This document shows positions 11,599 to 26,039 of a DNA stretch of 64,000 nucleotides, piece after piece. The stretch covers positions 132,370,001-132,434,000 of the forward strand of contig OZ024740.1 in assembly GCA_964016885.1 (NCBI GenBank). Reading direction: 5' to 3'. Under the pieces are notes generated by a model. It had not been told where the DNA came from, did no database searches, and saw only the letters and a list, made by a program, of their open reading frames with translations. The DNA comes from Eledone cirrhosa (Eukaryota). The stretch's first letter is position 1; each line of letters starts with the position of its first letter. The position numbers and the translations under genes are program-made.

Positions 11599-13032
11599 AT
11601 GGCCAAGAAAACCCACACAGATAGATGGAACGGGTGGACCAGAGCCATACGGACACCCGAAAACCACGATGAACTGAAGAAAATGATTGCACATGCGGTA
11701 GGGGCCAGCATAAAATTAACCCCTAAGGAACATATGTTCAAATTTAATGGTAAAACATATGCCCAAGAGGAAGGAGCAGCCATTGGTGTTAGCATTGCAG
11801 GCGACATAGCTAACTTGTTCATGGTATGGTGGGACAGTAGACTTAAACAAAAACTTAATGAACAATTAGAAGACAGCTTAACCCTGATAATGTACTCCCG
11901 CTACGTAGATGATATAAACATCGTAGTTAAGACACCCCCACTAAAGAACAGTCAGGAACCAGAGAAAAACACAATGGAAAGCATCCAGCAAATAGCAAAC
12001 TCCATCCACCAGAGCATTAGAGTTACTATAGACTACCCAAGTAGACACCCCAACCATCGATTACCTGTACTAGACACAGAGCTCTGGTTAGATACTATTA
12101 ACAACCAAAAACAAATCCTCCATTCCCATTATGCCAAACCCATGACTTCCAAACATCTGATCCACCGAAACTCGGCCATTTCGGACCATACCAAAATCAA
12201 CATACTGATTGCGGATTTGGTACGGGTGATGAGAAATGTGTCCCGCATGTGCAACCCCGAAGAACTAGAGAGACACATACAACACTTCATCCACCGTATG
12301 CAGTTCTCTGGCTACAATCAGAGAGATAGAATCAGAGTGTATAAAGGAGCCAGAACCAAATGGGAAAAAATGGTAAATAATGACATAAATGGGACCTGCC
12401 CCTTGTATAGGAGCATATTTTGGAATAGAATAGAAAGAACTAAGAACAAGGCCAATAGAATAAACTCATGGTATGATAGCAATAAATACCAGAGTGTAAT
12501 GTTCATCAATACAACCCCTAGAGGCGAACTAGCCTACAAATTTAGAAGGGCCCTAAAGAAACATAATCTCAATATTAAGATAGTAGAAAGACCTGGTACC
12601 TCCGTAAAAACACTTATTAGCAAGACATACCCGTTCCAAAGACCCTCATGTATAGATAAGAAATGTATAACCTGTAAAATAAGCCCCCATATTAACTGTA
12701 AAACTAGAAATGTAGTATATAGCATAAGATGTACTGAAGGACAATGTAGAAACAAAAATATAGTGTACATAGGTGAGACAGCTCGTTGTATAGGGGAACG
12801 AATAAATGAACACTGGCGAGACCTCCAAGATAGTAAAGAATCATCTGTGCTCTACCAACATGCTAAGATAGAACACAGGGGTAAATTAGAGAGCATAGAA
12901 ATAAAAATAGAATCCACACACAAGAAAGACGCAATGTTTAGGCAAATTACAGAGGCAGTAAGCATAAAAGAATTAAAACCAAAATTAAATAGAAAATATG
13001 AGTGGAACAGCAACATCACAACTTACAATTAA
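11599..13032 (+). CDS. PLE RT C-terminal half plus GIY-YIG endonuclease (inverted duplicate, open, 477 aa)
   Basis: Matches the minus-strand ORF apart from seven substitutions found by eye. Confidence 0.9.
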   Translation: MAKKTHTDRWNGWTRAIRTPENHDELKKMIAHAVGASIKLTPKEHMFKFNGKTYAQEEGAAIGVSIAGDIANLFMVWWDSRLKQKLNEQLEDSLTLIMYSRYVDDINIVVKTPPLKNSQEPEKNTMESIQQIANSIHQSIRVTIDYPSRHPNHRLPVLDTELWLDTINNQKQILHSHYAKPMTSKHLIHRNSAISDHTKINILIADLVRVMRNVSRMCNPEELERHIQHFIHRMQFSGYNQRDRIRVYKGARTKWEKMVNNDINGTCPLYRSIFWNRIERTKNKANRINSWYDSNKYQSVMFINTTPRGELAYKFRRALKKHNLNIKIVERPGTSVKTLISKTYPFQRPSCIDKKCITCKISPHINCKTRNVVYSIRCTEGQCRNKNIVYIGETARCIGERINEHWRDLQDSKESSVLYQHAKIEHRGKLESIEIKIESTHKKDAMFRQITEAVSIKELKPKLNRKYEWNSNITTYN

Positions 13033-13329
13033 GGACAAAATGAAAACACACACACACATAGAACAAACAACTTACAATTGAAAACACACACAAAATGAAA
13101 ACACACACAAGACAAAATGAAAACACACACACACATAGAACAAACAACCAACCAACAATAAATAAATAAATAAACAAACAAATAGAAATAGAAAAATAGA
13201 AAAATGAACACAAACACACACAGACACCCGGATGTGGCGCATGCGCAAACTGAGCACGCAACCCACACACAAACAAAATGGCGTAGGATAGAAGAAAGGA
13301 AAGGCACGGAAACGAAGAAAGAAATCCCC

Positions 13330-13374
13330 AGTCACTGAAGAGGTCACAGAGTGTGTGACGAAAGAATTATGACT
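13330..13374 (+). ncRNA. Minimal type I hammerhead in PLE 3' region
   Basis: AGTCA-CTGAAGA-GGTCACAGAGTGTGTGAC-GAAA-GAAT-TA-TGACT. Confidence 0.75.
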
Positions 13375-13525
13375 ATATATATATAAACAACTATCTGGTT
13401 GTGGAACCAACCAACCAACCAGAAATTTATGAATTTGTAAATTTATAAATATATATTAAATTAAATTGAAGTGAAAGCAACTGGTGCGTGTGTTTCTTAT
13501 TGGCAACATGACCCTCCCAAAGTAT

Positions 13526-13605
<80 letters not shown>

Positions 13606-13610
<5 letters not shown>

Positions 13611-14125
13611 TATAACAGATTAAAGTTTAAGCAAAGAATCGCTGCTTTCACCCTTAACGGGATCTTCTGAAACTAACAAAGTCAATCTGTAAACGCAGAA
13701 CTGGATATTTCAAAAAACGTCGCAACCGGAGGAAGACAGGAAGACGATATTTTGGTTCATGGTCACGTTCCCTGGCAAAGAACGGGAAAAAACGAATAAT
13801 ACGTCATTAATAGGAGCGGTGAAACACAATTACGCGCAAAGACAGAACCACGTTTATGGTATAAAAGAGGTCGTAGACTAATGTTCTCTTAGGTGGTGCA
13901 TAGAGACGTTCTCTGGCAATGAACGAAAAAACGAAGATAATAAGTCATATGTGGAGCGTGGAGAACAATAGCACGCAAAGACAAAACCACGTAAATGGTA
14001 TAGCGGAAGTTGTAGACTAAAATTCTAACTAGGAGACCGAATGAATCTCCGCTACAGAGTTAAGAACAAAGTAAATAAATACAATACAGAAGTAATAGAA
14101 ACAAATAAATACATATTATTATTGC

Positions 14126-14188
<63 letters not shown>

Positions 14189-14217
14189 AGAGGTGTGGTG
14201 ATAGGGAAAAATAAAGC

Positions 14218-14284
<67 letters not shown>

Positions 14285-14902
14285 CATTTATATATATATA
14301 TATAGTTATAGTAATAGTAATAGTAATCAAGTTGAATACTAAAATCCAAAGAGAGTTCGATAAGGATAAATATATATCAGATATATAAGGACTGTAGAGC
14401 AATTATTTATTCAAATAATAGATTAAAGTGTATGCAAAGAATCGTTGTTTTCATTTATACCATAAACGTGGTTTTGTCTTTGCGTGTAATTGTTTTCACC
14501 GCACAAATAATTGTTTCTACGTTAGGCACAAGGCCACCAATTACCCAGTGTATTACTGGTACTTTATTTTATCGACCCCGTAAGCATGAAAGGCAAAGTT
14601 AACCTCGGCGGGATATGAACTCAGAATGGCAAGGGCCGTAACTCTATGCGTCGAAGCATGGCGTCCGACTCTCTACCGATACTGCCAATCCACCGCACAA
14701 ATAATGACGTACTATTTTCGTTTTTTTTCCCGTTCTTTGCCAGGGAACGTTTCCACGAACCAAAGTATCGTCTCCCTTTCTTCCTTCGTTTGCAACGTTT
14801 TTTGAAATATCTACTTCTGCGTTCACAGATTGACTCTTTTAGTTTCAGAAGATCCCGTTAAGGGTGAAATCACCGATTATTTGCTTAAACTTTAATCTGT
14901 TA

Positions 14903-14910
<8 letters not shown>
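13606..14910. repeat. Direct and inverted copies of a dispersed pLTR-like repeat
   Basis: 13606-13810 is the reverse complement of ~14700-14910; internal duplication 13765-13890 / 13905-14030; the same terminus recurs at 14415-14450 and 25667-25733. Confidence 0.7.
14509..14697 (-). mobile_element. tRNA-headed SINE
   Basis: Reverse complement of the family consensus; inserted into the repeat above. Confidence 0.85.
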
Positions 14911-14947
<37 letters not shown>

Positions 14948-15396
14948 GTAGAGTGTAGGTATCATTCTTATAAATATAAATCACCTCTAGAACTGTTCGT
15001 TCGTATGATATCGTCAGCAATGTCAGATAAAAATATATGTAGTATTCTTGAGGATTTTATGCGGATGAAAGAGATTTAATCCTTTAGAAGTCATTTCTAT
15101 ATATAAATGTATATACATATAGATACATAGTATCTATATGTATAAATACGGTTTATTTTTCTCTCTCACCACACCTCTCTCTCTCTATATATATATATAG
15201 AGAGAGAGAGGTATATATATATAGAGAGAGAGATACCTACACTCTACTAATGTATTGAATACCTCTTTGTAACTAATGATACCCATAGAAGAATGATGGC
15301 AGCACCGAGCTGAGGCATTCAAAACGTGTATTTATGAAATATCCTATAGATCTTTAGATATACGAAATTCACAAACACGCACACACACGCACACGC

Positions 15397-15512
<116 letters not shown>

Positions 15513-15777
15513 ACGGAAAAAATGAAACGAAATTCCATTTCCCAACTTTAGTACGACTGTTACTTGAATATAAGTATGTACGCGTACATACATATATGTA
15601 TACAGACGTACAGTAGTATGTATATATATATACATACATGCACACATATATAATATGTACGTGAGGATTCACCGAACATTTATTATAATGCTCGGTGTGT
15701 TTGTAAACAAACATCCCGTAATAAGCCGTAGTGTCTAGCAACCATCGTTGCTCGTTTTTTCAACACTGACAAAGGAA

Positions 15778-15818
15778 CGCTGTACTAGTTTCAAGCTTAT
15801 TAACTATCGTCAGCAACG
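15778..15818 (-). ncRNA. Hammerhead ribozyme, array unit 1
   Basis: CGTTG-CTGACGA-TAGTTAATAAGCTT-GAAA-CTAG-TA-CAGCG. Confidence 0.85.
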
Positions 15819-16197
15819 TATACCTTCCTGCCAGATGTTGAACGTATATACTTATCTAATTCATATTAACGGATGAGTAGCCCAATTTGCATATCGAGTG
15901 GGTTAATCGGCCGGGTGCACCGAAAACGATAAACGGAAAAATGAAACGAGATTTCATTTCCAAATCTTAGTACAGCTGTTACTTAAATATAAATATGTAC
16001 GCGTACATGCATATATGTATACAGACGTACAGTAGTATGTATATATATATATACATACATCCACACATATATACATGTACGTATGGATTCACCGAACATT
16101 TATTATAATGCTCGGTTTGTTTGTAAACAAACATCCCGTATTAAGCCGTAGTGTCTAGCAACCATCGTTTCTCGTTTGTTCAACACTGACATAGGAA

Positions 16198-16238
16198 CGC
16201 TGTACTAGTTTCAAGCTTATTAGCTATCGTCAGCAACG
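16198..16238 (-). ncRNA. Hammerhead ribozyme, array unit 2
   Basis: CGTTG-CTGACGA-T-AGCT-AATA-AGCT-T-GAAA-CTAG-TA-CAGCG. Confidence 0.88.
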
Positions 16239-16619
16239 TATACCTTCCTGCCAGATTGTTGAAGGTATATACTTACCTTATGCATATTAACGGCTGGGTA
16301 GTCCAATTTGCATATCGAGTGGGTTAATCGGCCGGGTGGACCGAAAACGAAAAACGGAAAAAAATAAACGAAATTTCATTTCCCACCCTTAGTACGGCTG
16401 TTACTTAACTATAAGTATGTATGCGTACATACATATATGTATACAGACGTACAGTAGTATGTATATATATATACATACATCCACACATATATATATATGT
16501 ACGTATGGATTCACCGAACATTTGTTATAATGCTCGGTGTGTTTGTAAACAAACATCCCGTATTAAGCCGTAGTGTCTAGCAACCATCGTTGCTCGTTTG
16601 TTCAACACTGACAAAGGAA

Positions 16620-16660
16620 CGCTGTACAAGTTTCAAGCTTATTAGCTATCGTCAGAAACG
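16620..16660 (-). ncRNA. Hammerhead ribozyme, array unit 3 (stem I and III point changes)
   Basis: CGTTT-CTGACGA-TAGCTAATAAGCTT-GAAA-CTTG-TA-CAGCG. Confidence 0.7.
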
Positions 16661-16888
16661 TATACCTTCCTGCCAGATTGTTGTACTTATATACTAACCT
16701 TATGCATATTAACGGCTGAGCAGCCTAACTTGCACACCGAAAACCATGAGTGGAATAGAATGAAACACAATTTCATTTCTCTCTCTTAGTACGGCACCTA
16801 CTTAAATGTAAGTATGTATGTATGTATACGTACATACATCTATGTATACAGACGCACCTTAGTATGTATATATATATACATACATGCT

Positions 16889-16923
<35 letters not shown>

Positions 16924-17050
16924 GTATCGGTTTACCGAACATTTATTATAATGCTCGGTTTGTTTGTTTGTAAACAAACAAACAGCCCGAATTACGCCGT
17001 ACAATGTTTAGGCAACCACGTCACCTTTTTGTTCAACACTGACACAGGAA

Positions 17051-17091
17051 CGATGTACTAGTTTCAAGCTTATTAGCTATCGTCAGCATCG
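17051..17091 (-). ncRNA. Hammerhead ribozyme, array unit 4 (compensatory stem I)
   Basis: CGATG-CTGACGA-TAGCTAATAAGCTT-GAAA-CTAG-TA-CATCG. Confidence 0.88.
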
Positions 17092-17269
17092 TATAACTTC
17101 CTGCCAGATGGTTGAACGTCTGCAAGTATATACTTTCCTTATGCATATTAACGGCTGAGCAGCCTAATTTGTATATCGAGTGAATTCAGTCGGCCGGGCA
17201 CACCGAAAAAGATAAATGGAATAGAATGAAACGAAATTTCATTTTTCACTCTTTGTACGGGCTGTTTCT

Positions 17270-17471
17270 TTATTTACAAACAAAAAAACCGAGCATTATA
17301 ATAAATGTTCGGTAAACCGATACGTGCATATATATACGTGTGCATGTATGTATATATATACATACTACTGTACGTCTGTATACATATATGTATGTACGTA
17401 TACATACATACTTACGTTTAAGTAAGTGCCGTAATAAGAGTGAGAAATGAAATTTCGTTTCATTCTATCCC

Positions 17472-17476
<5 letters not shown>
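17270..17476 (+). repeat. Inverted partial copy of the array unit
   Basis: Reverse complement of ~16750-16975 (CCGAGCATTATAATAAATGTTCGGTAAACCGATACG...). Confidence 0.85.
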
Positions 17477-17523
<47 letters not shown>

Positions 17524-17620
17524 TCATATATATATACATATATATACACATACATATATGTATATACATATATATGTATACATACATATATATATATGTA
17601 TATATATATATATTTATTTA

Positions 17621-17667
<47 letters not shown>

Positions 17668-18379
17668 TGACCGAGAGTAGTGGAGAGAAATTATTTCTCT
17701 TCTTTCACATTATTAATTAAGTAAGAATATTCCCTTGTACTAAGTTAATTAATTAATCCAATTTTAAGAAACGTTAAGCACTCTACTTAAATTATAGTAT
17801 TTTATAGATGATAAGTATACTTACGACGTGATACACGACTGTGATACAAGACATACATCATTACGTAGGCTAAATGTTGACTGATCCTATTATCCTATTA
17901 ATTGCATGATGTGATACGCATTTCCGCCTAAAACCAACATTCAATAATGCAAACCAAGTCGATCGGGTAATAAATCTTCGGACGTTTAATATAAATAACA
18001 TAATACAATGTCAGAGACCATCTAAATATATGACATGTCGGAAGATAGTGTGGGGTATTCACACGCTACATTCTATTTACTGATATAATACCAGAATAGC
18101 ACTTCACATAGCATATCGATACATACATTTCTAATATTGTTTTTTTTTAGACTGATAAGGTGTTGACTGTTAGACATCCTTCGCACATTTACCTGACAGA
18201 CTAACGCAGAAATTTACATGATCACGTAATTAAATAATATATGAATTATGAAAATAGATTTTGCTCCTAGAAACTATTTCTCCAAGTATTAAGCACGGGT
18301 AAAATGGAAGATGAGCAGTAGCTCAGACATGCCAGTTACCTCTTTCCGCGCCACAGATGTCCAAGGGTAAATAACGGGC

Positions 18380-18535
18380 AATAAATGAGGATAAATGTGC
18401 AACTAAATGAACTGGAACAACATTATGTATTTTTTTGTTATTCAATGACACAACGGAACGCCCAGTTCATGAATGAAACTATCAATCTGACTATAGTGAA
18501 ACCAGCACTCTAACCGTAAAGCCACGCCTCTTCAG
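18380..18535 (-). mobile_element. Degraded second tRNA-derived SINE type
   Basis: Minus strand GGCGTGGCTTTACGGTTAGAGTGC (A-box-like head) followed by CGTTGTGTCATTGA...TGTTCCAGTTCATTTAGTTG, resembling a SINE core. Confidence 0.45.
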
Positions 18536-19525
18536 ATAGAAATAAAATATGAAATATTAACATTTTGCTATCGTATTTATTGATGTTTTTGTACATCCAT
18601 CCATATATATATGTGCGCGTGTGTGTGTGTGTGTGTCTGTGTGTGTGTGTGTGTGTGTGCGTGTCTGTGTGTGTGTCTGTTTATATGTGTGTATGTGTGT
18701 GTGAGAGTGTGTATGGGGGGCGTGGGCGTTGCTGTGGGTGTTTTTGTGTGTACAGTTGGGGAGCTGGTAGTAGGAGAAATAAACATACGAGTATATATAC
18801 ACAATTTCCTAATCCTTCGTAGGCAGAGAAAAAATGGAAAAGTCCATCCATGTTTCATTTCTGTAAATCAAACATTTTCTATCCACAAGTAAATTGATAG
18901 CTAATAGCTATTTATATCAAACAGAAACTAATACGGAACTGAAATGGTTGGTTTTATTTGCATTACCACGTATTCTTTGGCAACATTGCTAATTCGTTAA
19001 TTAATAATTTTGAGCTGCTTGCATTCAATAATCTGCATTATCTGATATGTTTTATATGTTGCTAAAACTAGAACGACCATATTTATTCGTGTGTATTAAC
19101 AAAATATGTGCATGCGCATATTATTGCTCGTATAATCTGAAAATGTAAGGCTTTCTTATCCACTTTTCACCGTTGCTACGTCAATAAATTCTTGCAGAAA
19201 TCAAAATATTTAAGGAACACATATAACTAAATTCACTTCTTATATCAAACCAATCAACTGTGAAATAGCAACGTTATGTATTGGCAAGAAAAGCTGAGAA
19301 TACAAACACAATAATTTCTTTTCACCTAGAGAAATGAAATATGTAGGATGATAGAAAGCCGTCAGGCAAACTGATTATTTGCATGTGTCCTGACTGAATG
19401 TTTTCTCTTCCATGGAATTCTACTCCTTCAATCGTCTAAAATTTATTCTGACATGAAGGCACTGAAACATACAAACACGCTTCTAATCACGCATACTAAT
19501 TGAGAAACTTAAGTAAATCATGTGC

Positions 19526-19556
<31 letters not shown>

Positions 19557-19849
19557 TATGCACATACACCCATACTCACACACACACACATATGCACATA
19601 CACACATACACACATACACACACGACCACACACACATGTATATATATATATATATATATATAGTGTCAATTTCATAGGGCAGTCGAGCAACACCAATCCA
19701 CCTTACGAAGTGTCATGACGTCAATTCTAAAGGCTATATCTTTCTTCCCTCATTTATTTATTACTAGCAGTTTAGCCCGGCGTTGCTCGGGTTTGTTCAT
19801 TTGCTATGAAAAGTTACATACAGGTAAACGTGGTTTGAAAGCGAATAAG

Positions 19850-20970
19850 CTTATCAATTAAGTGCATAAAGCAGTTGAACCGGTTATTAAAAGTTACGAA
19901 CCAATTAGCATTTTGGTCAATCAATGATGGGTTAATAATCTTCCAATAGCGAATTTAGTAAACCGGGAATTGTGATCGCCGGAAATCGAACGGGATATCT
20001 GACGCTGAGAGGAAAAGGTTCATCCTTGGAATGGAAACATTCTCCCCTCTTCCGCACCCGGTTACAATAGTGGCCTCAATCAAGTGGGTGTCAATGACTT
20101 GACGACCATGCGAGTACCGTTGCACTGCTTTGTTGGACGCAAGTTCCTTATTAGCATAATGGGACAGCCAACCCTAAGCTTAATAATGTGAGGTGGGAGC
20201 CCTGGGGGCTCAAGGAGATTTAATAACTCAACCGGATAATTAACGATATCGTCGGGGTCTGATTTGAAGATGTGCTCTTTACCGGGAATCTTCTCAATCA
20301 GCTGCTCGTTAATAAAATTAACCATGGTATTTTTCGGAGCAAGGATGGCCCTTTCGCTGAGCCAATCGATGTTTTTAAAGTTAGATGAGACATTAGGAAA
20401 AACTGCTTCCCAAAGGTCAGAAGGGCTGCTCACAATGTTGAACAGGGTGTCGATTGCTATGCCGCCCTTGTCATCCGCAGGGATCTTGCCCTCACCAAGT
20501 GCTAAAATGTTCTGTGCTGCAGACATGTTGTCACCATGCAAATGAGCACGTATATTTGTGCTCAGGTACAAACTATTCACCTGGAGCCACAACATGGACG
20601 ACTTAAGACAGGCACGCACTTCATCAGCTCTTGTCCATTTGGGGATGACAGGCAGCGTTTTCCGAAAATCCGCTGATAGCAGAAGGGTTACGCCACCCAT
20701 AAGAGCCGTAGAATCCCTAAAGTCTTTCCGGGCCTTGTCCAATGCCTCAAGGGCACTCTTGTGGTCCATTGTGTACTCATCCCAAACAATGAGGCAACAT
20801 ATTTTGAGAACCAGAGCTTTGTGTGAACTCTTGCTGATATTGCATGTTGGTGTCTCAGTTTTTACTAAATCCAAAGGGAGTTTAAAGGTTGAATGTGCTG
20901 TCCTGCCTCCCGGCAGCAAAGTAGCAGCGATCCCGGACGATGCAACGGACAACGCAACATCACACCGCAT
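19850..20970 (-). pseudogene. Helitron PIF1-family helicase fragment
   Basis: VASSGIAATLLPGGRTAHSTFKLP, LIVWDE, GGVTLLLSADFRKTLPVIP, ERAILAPKN, PIMLIRNL...CNGTR; Walker A and the Rep domain are absent. Confidence 0.9.
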
Positions 20971-20979
20971 GCAGCTTCT

Positions 20980-21446
20980 CGCCGTCGACTGTTACGCTTG
21001 AACGTAGAACATTGGTCGTGTGGTTGATGGGAAGGTCTGGCAGCAATAGCAGAAGCAACATTTGCAATGCTAATGGACCGCCCGTCTGCATCTTCAGAAG
21101 CCATGGAAGTAGTCATAGCCGCAGCGTTCGTAGGAAGGCGAGCCGTCCGTTGTTTTAAACGTTCCAAAGACCTGGAAGCAGCATTAGTCGCATCGTTTCT
21201 AGCCAGGCGCTTCGACCTTTGTTCACGGCTCTCTGAAGCCCTGGAAGGAGCCTGGTATGAATCCATTTTGGCTAGGCGTGCGGTGCGCTGTTGGAAACTT
21301 TCAGCGGCTCGACATTCTGCTGAACATAAGGCTGTTTGTGAAAGTCTTGAAGCATTTTCCTCAGAGGACTCGTTTGCTATAATAGCCTTTTGCGCCACTG
21401 CTGACGCGGTATGTCGACTGAGGCGACTTCTCTTTTTAAGTGGCAT
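20980..21446 (-). pseudogene. Helitron RepHel N-terminal R/E/A-rich repeat region
   Basis: MPLKKRSRLSR followed by repeated ES.EQR..RL units, as at RepHel N-termini; joined directly to the helicase fragment. Confidence 0.7.
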
Positions 21447-23429
21447 TTTATGTCCAAAAGAAAGGGTGAAAGTTACTTCTACAGAAAAATTGACTTTGAA
21501 AGTCTACTGTGTGTTTATGAATATTGTTATTGTTGTTGTGATACAAATGTTAGTAAGTAAATGGGTATCGAAAAATAAAGGGCGAAAGTTACTTCAAAAT
21601 AAAAATTGACTTTGAAAGTATAAGGCTTATAATTGAATGGAAAAAGATTGATAAGAAAGGCCCCCCAAAAAAGTTTACAGGTATTTGTATGTATGTGTGT
21701 ATTTTTATGTCTAAAAGAAAGGGTTAAAGTTACTTCTACAGAAAAATTTAGTTTGAAAGTGTAAGGCCGATGTGTGTGTAAATTAAGTGGCAGGTATTTG
21801 TATGTATGTGTCTATATGTATATATGTGTGTATGGAAGTGTAAGGCCGATGTGTGTAATAATTAAGTGACAGGTATTTGTATGTATGTGTGTATATGTAT
21901 GTATGTGTGTATATGTATGTATGTATGCATGTATGTATGTATCTATGTATGTATGTATTAAAGGTTGAAAGTTACTGCAACATAAAAATTGACTATGAAA
22001 GTATAAGGCTGATAATTGAATTTAAAAAGATTGATAAGAAAGGCCCCCCAAAAAACTTTACAGGTCTTTGTACGTATGTGTGTATTTTTATGTCGAAAAT
22101 AAAGGGTTAAAGTTACTTATACATAAAAATATAGTTTGAAAGTGTAAGGCCGATTGAAAAACTTACAGTTTAGTAAATGAAAGTCAGCTTCGAAATGGAG
22201 TTTGAACGCGCTAATACAAACACACACACACATATATCCGTCTTTTAGTGTGTCTGTTTGTTTCTCTTTCCCTCTTTATGATTATATCCCTCCCTATCAT
22301 AATATGCTATTGTTATTTCTAAAACAAAGTGTGTATGCGTTGATTGATTGAAATTCCAGCGTTCCTGTTTCTATGACGTCAATCGTAACCATACCAACAT
22401 ATATGTGTGTGTATGCACCCACATATATGTGTGTATAAGTTTTTTTTCAATTTTTCTCTTTTTCACAAACACTTATAAGAGAACGTAGCAATTTTAAGGG
22501 GAGGTCATGAAGGGAGTAGATATAGGAAACGTATATCATATGAGAGAGGAGAAATCATCGATTGTTGAAATAAATCGATTTTTCCGTAATTGGGGCATTT
22601 TTTACCCAATAAGTTCGCCCATGACCCAAGTTAGAATATTTGTAAACATTCTGCTTAATTATTCATTCAATATTTTTGGAATTGTGTAAATGTATAAAAT
22701 TGAAACATACATACAGACACAAAAATCTGCGTTTTATAGATAATGATATTAGAAAGATATATTGAAGCAGAAGTCATGATAAATGGTAAATGTTTCTCTA
22801 TTTCATTTTGTGGGAAATAAAACGTAATATGGGAATATAATACAACTTTTACTAATATTTTCTAATGTGGTTTGTGGTTTCGCTGGTTAGGTTTCACTCA
22901 AAGAGAAAGGGGGAGATAGAATCAGACATATAAACCTCTCAACATAACGTCACAATCGGTGGATATATATTGTCGACCCTTTTTTATAGTGAATTGATTT
23001 CAGGATATAGATGGAATATTGATAAAATTAAGCATATCAAAGAGAGGACAGGACAGCAAACGACAACAAGGCAAAAATATGAAGATACAATGAAGATACA
23101 ATGGAAAGACACAGACTCCCGGGTCATCGGCTATGGAGATGCACTTTGGCAGGTTTTGATCCCTTCCAACGATACTGCTGATTCACCCGGTGTATCAGGG
23201 ACCAGAGCAACTCAAACTATGTTCACTGGAGTAAGAGACGAGGGACAAAATTATTAATTTATAGAAGGGTTAACCGTCTTGATCGACTGAACAATCAATT
23301 AACATTTTCTGAAATATTCGAATCGTGTTTCTGTCTACACATCACGTATTGGTAGTACAACGGGTGCTAAACTGTATAGTTCTGTTTACAATCCTCGAAC
23401 CAGAGAAAAATGTATATGACCGAAATTAA

Positions 23430-23801
<372 letters not shown>

Positions 23802-23935
23802 GAAGTGAGGGTTTTTTTACAAAAGGAAAAATAACCGAGGTGTCCTACACGAGTTAAAGTATAAAGAAAAAGTGATGAAATCGAAAATGCAACTGGAGTC
23901 TTATTCTTTTAAAAAATATATATATTTATTTGGTT

Positions 23936-23973
23936 CCTTTACTGGTTTCGCAGTTCTTCTGCTTTTCAAAAGG
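23936..23973 (-). ncRNA. Minimal hammerhead, U3-A8 core variant, in a ~210-bp repeat (23800-24010)
   Basis: CCTT-TTGAAAA-GCAG-AAGAA-CTGC-GAAA-CCAG-TA-AAGG; the host repeat is the reverse complement of 43795-44010. Confidence 0.65.
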
Positions 23974-24017
23974 TGAGTTGAGATGGTGGGTCTGTGGTTT
24001 TTCTCACATCCGTATAC

Positions 24018-24110
<93 letters not shown>

Positions 24111-24638
24111 TAAAAATTAGCGAGAATCGAATTTCAGCTCAGGAATTAACGAAAATACACTTCCGAGTTGTGTGGCAAGCGGTCGATAAATAATATGAAT
24201 TAGAGCTAAAACTTACGTTAAAGGCCAAACACACTGAGATGGTGGTTAAACTAATCATCCGCACAGCGAAAAAACGACCGTCTAAATCGGGTCAAGCAGA
24301 TATAAAAATATAAAAATATATAAAAATATATATGGTTGAAAATTTACCCGGACCACTGGAGAGATGGTAAAATCCAGTATTTGGGTTTCTGCGGCTCCAT
24401 AAGTCATTTACTGTCCGCTTACATAAAGGATGTTAGGCTTCTGGTAGGATGACCGAACTACGAGGACGCGTTGTCAACGGGATTCAGTTCGATAGTCTAC
24501 ATGAATGTGTCTGTTACTGACCCCACGTGGAGTTCAGCAAAGGAGGCAAACACCTATATTAGGCGAATGAATTCAGTTGTGCATAATATTGCGAACATGC
24601 AAAATATCACAAATCGAATAAAGCTCTCGACAGAGTGG

Positions 24639-24753
<115 letters not shown>

Positions 24754-24778
24754 TATATATATATGTATCCTTACTTGA

Positions 24779-24829
<51 letters not shown>

Positions 24830-24883
24830 CAATTAAGGATATTTCCGAAACAGCGAGTTGGTTTGAAATTATTAGTACTGTAA

Positions 24884-25119
24884 GCTATCGCCGTATTTTG
24901 ACCTAAGAAATTAAAGAAATTATTTACCCTGATAGTGGGGTTAAGAATCTTCGGAGATGTGTTGGCTTAAATGGTAGCACAGTGGTCCGGATAGCCAAAG
25001 ATGTAGATTCGACTCCCATTTACGTCAATACTCATCTTTTTACATTTCTCCGATGGTTCTTAACACCACTATCAGGATAAATAATTTCTTTAATTTCTTT
25101 AGTCAAAATACGGCAATAG
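24884..25119. repeat. ~75-bp inverted repeat enclosing a tRNA-like sequence
   Basis: 24885-24960 pairs imperfectly with 25042-25119. Confidence 0.8.
24956..25027 (+). pseudogene. Degenerate tRNA-like sequence (pseudo-tRNA or SINE head)
   Basis: TGGCTTAAATGGTAG (A box), GATTCGACTCC (B-box-like), partial acceptor pairing GATGTG/TACGTC, 72 nt long. Confidence 0.5.
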
Positions 25120-25185
25120 ATTACATTTTTAATAATATATATATATATAATTGGTGTGGGATGCTTAAAGCGTCAGTAAGCGGTA

Positions 25186-25942
<757 letters not shown>

Positions 25943-26039
25943 ACCTCTTTCGGACGCTTTCATATATATATACATATATATATGCGTTTATTATTTATGT
26001 ATATTTACACACGCTTCTTGACATCTTCAGAAAAACATG

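Larger units (their letters stand above)
19764..22746 (-). mobile_element. Internally deleted Helitron with both termini
   Basis: Minus-strand 5' end A|TCATTATCTATAAAA at 22746; 3' hairpin CCCGAGCAACGCCGGG then CTAG|T at 19764; PIF1 helicase remnant inside; subterminal direct repeats at 21460-22160. Confidence 0.9.

Noticed and set aside
10001-12828. Short ORFs antisense to the PLE ORFs
   Set aside because: Shadow frames, duplicated only because of the palindrome.
13640-13672. HHR-like CAGAAGA-TCCC-GTTAA-GGGT-GAAA (also at 14846-14870 and 25705-25731)
   Set aside because: U4A core, no NUH triplet and no convincing stem I after GAAA; at best a decayed or atypical relic.
14985-15020. Minus-strand CTGACGA...GAAC
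   Set aside because: No GAAA and no stem II.
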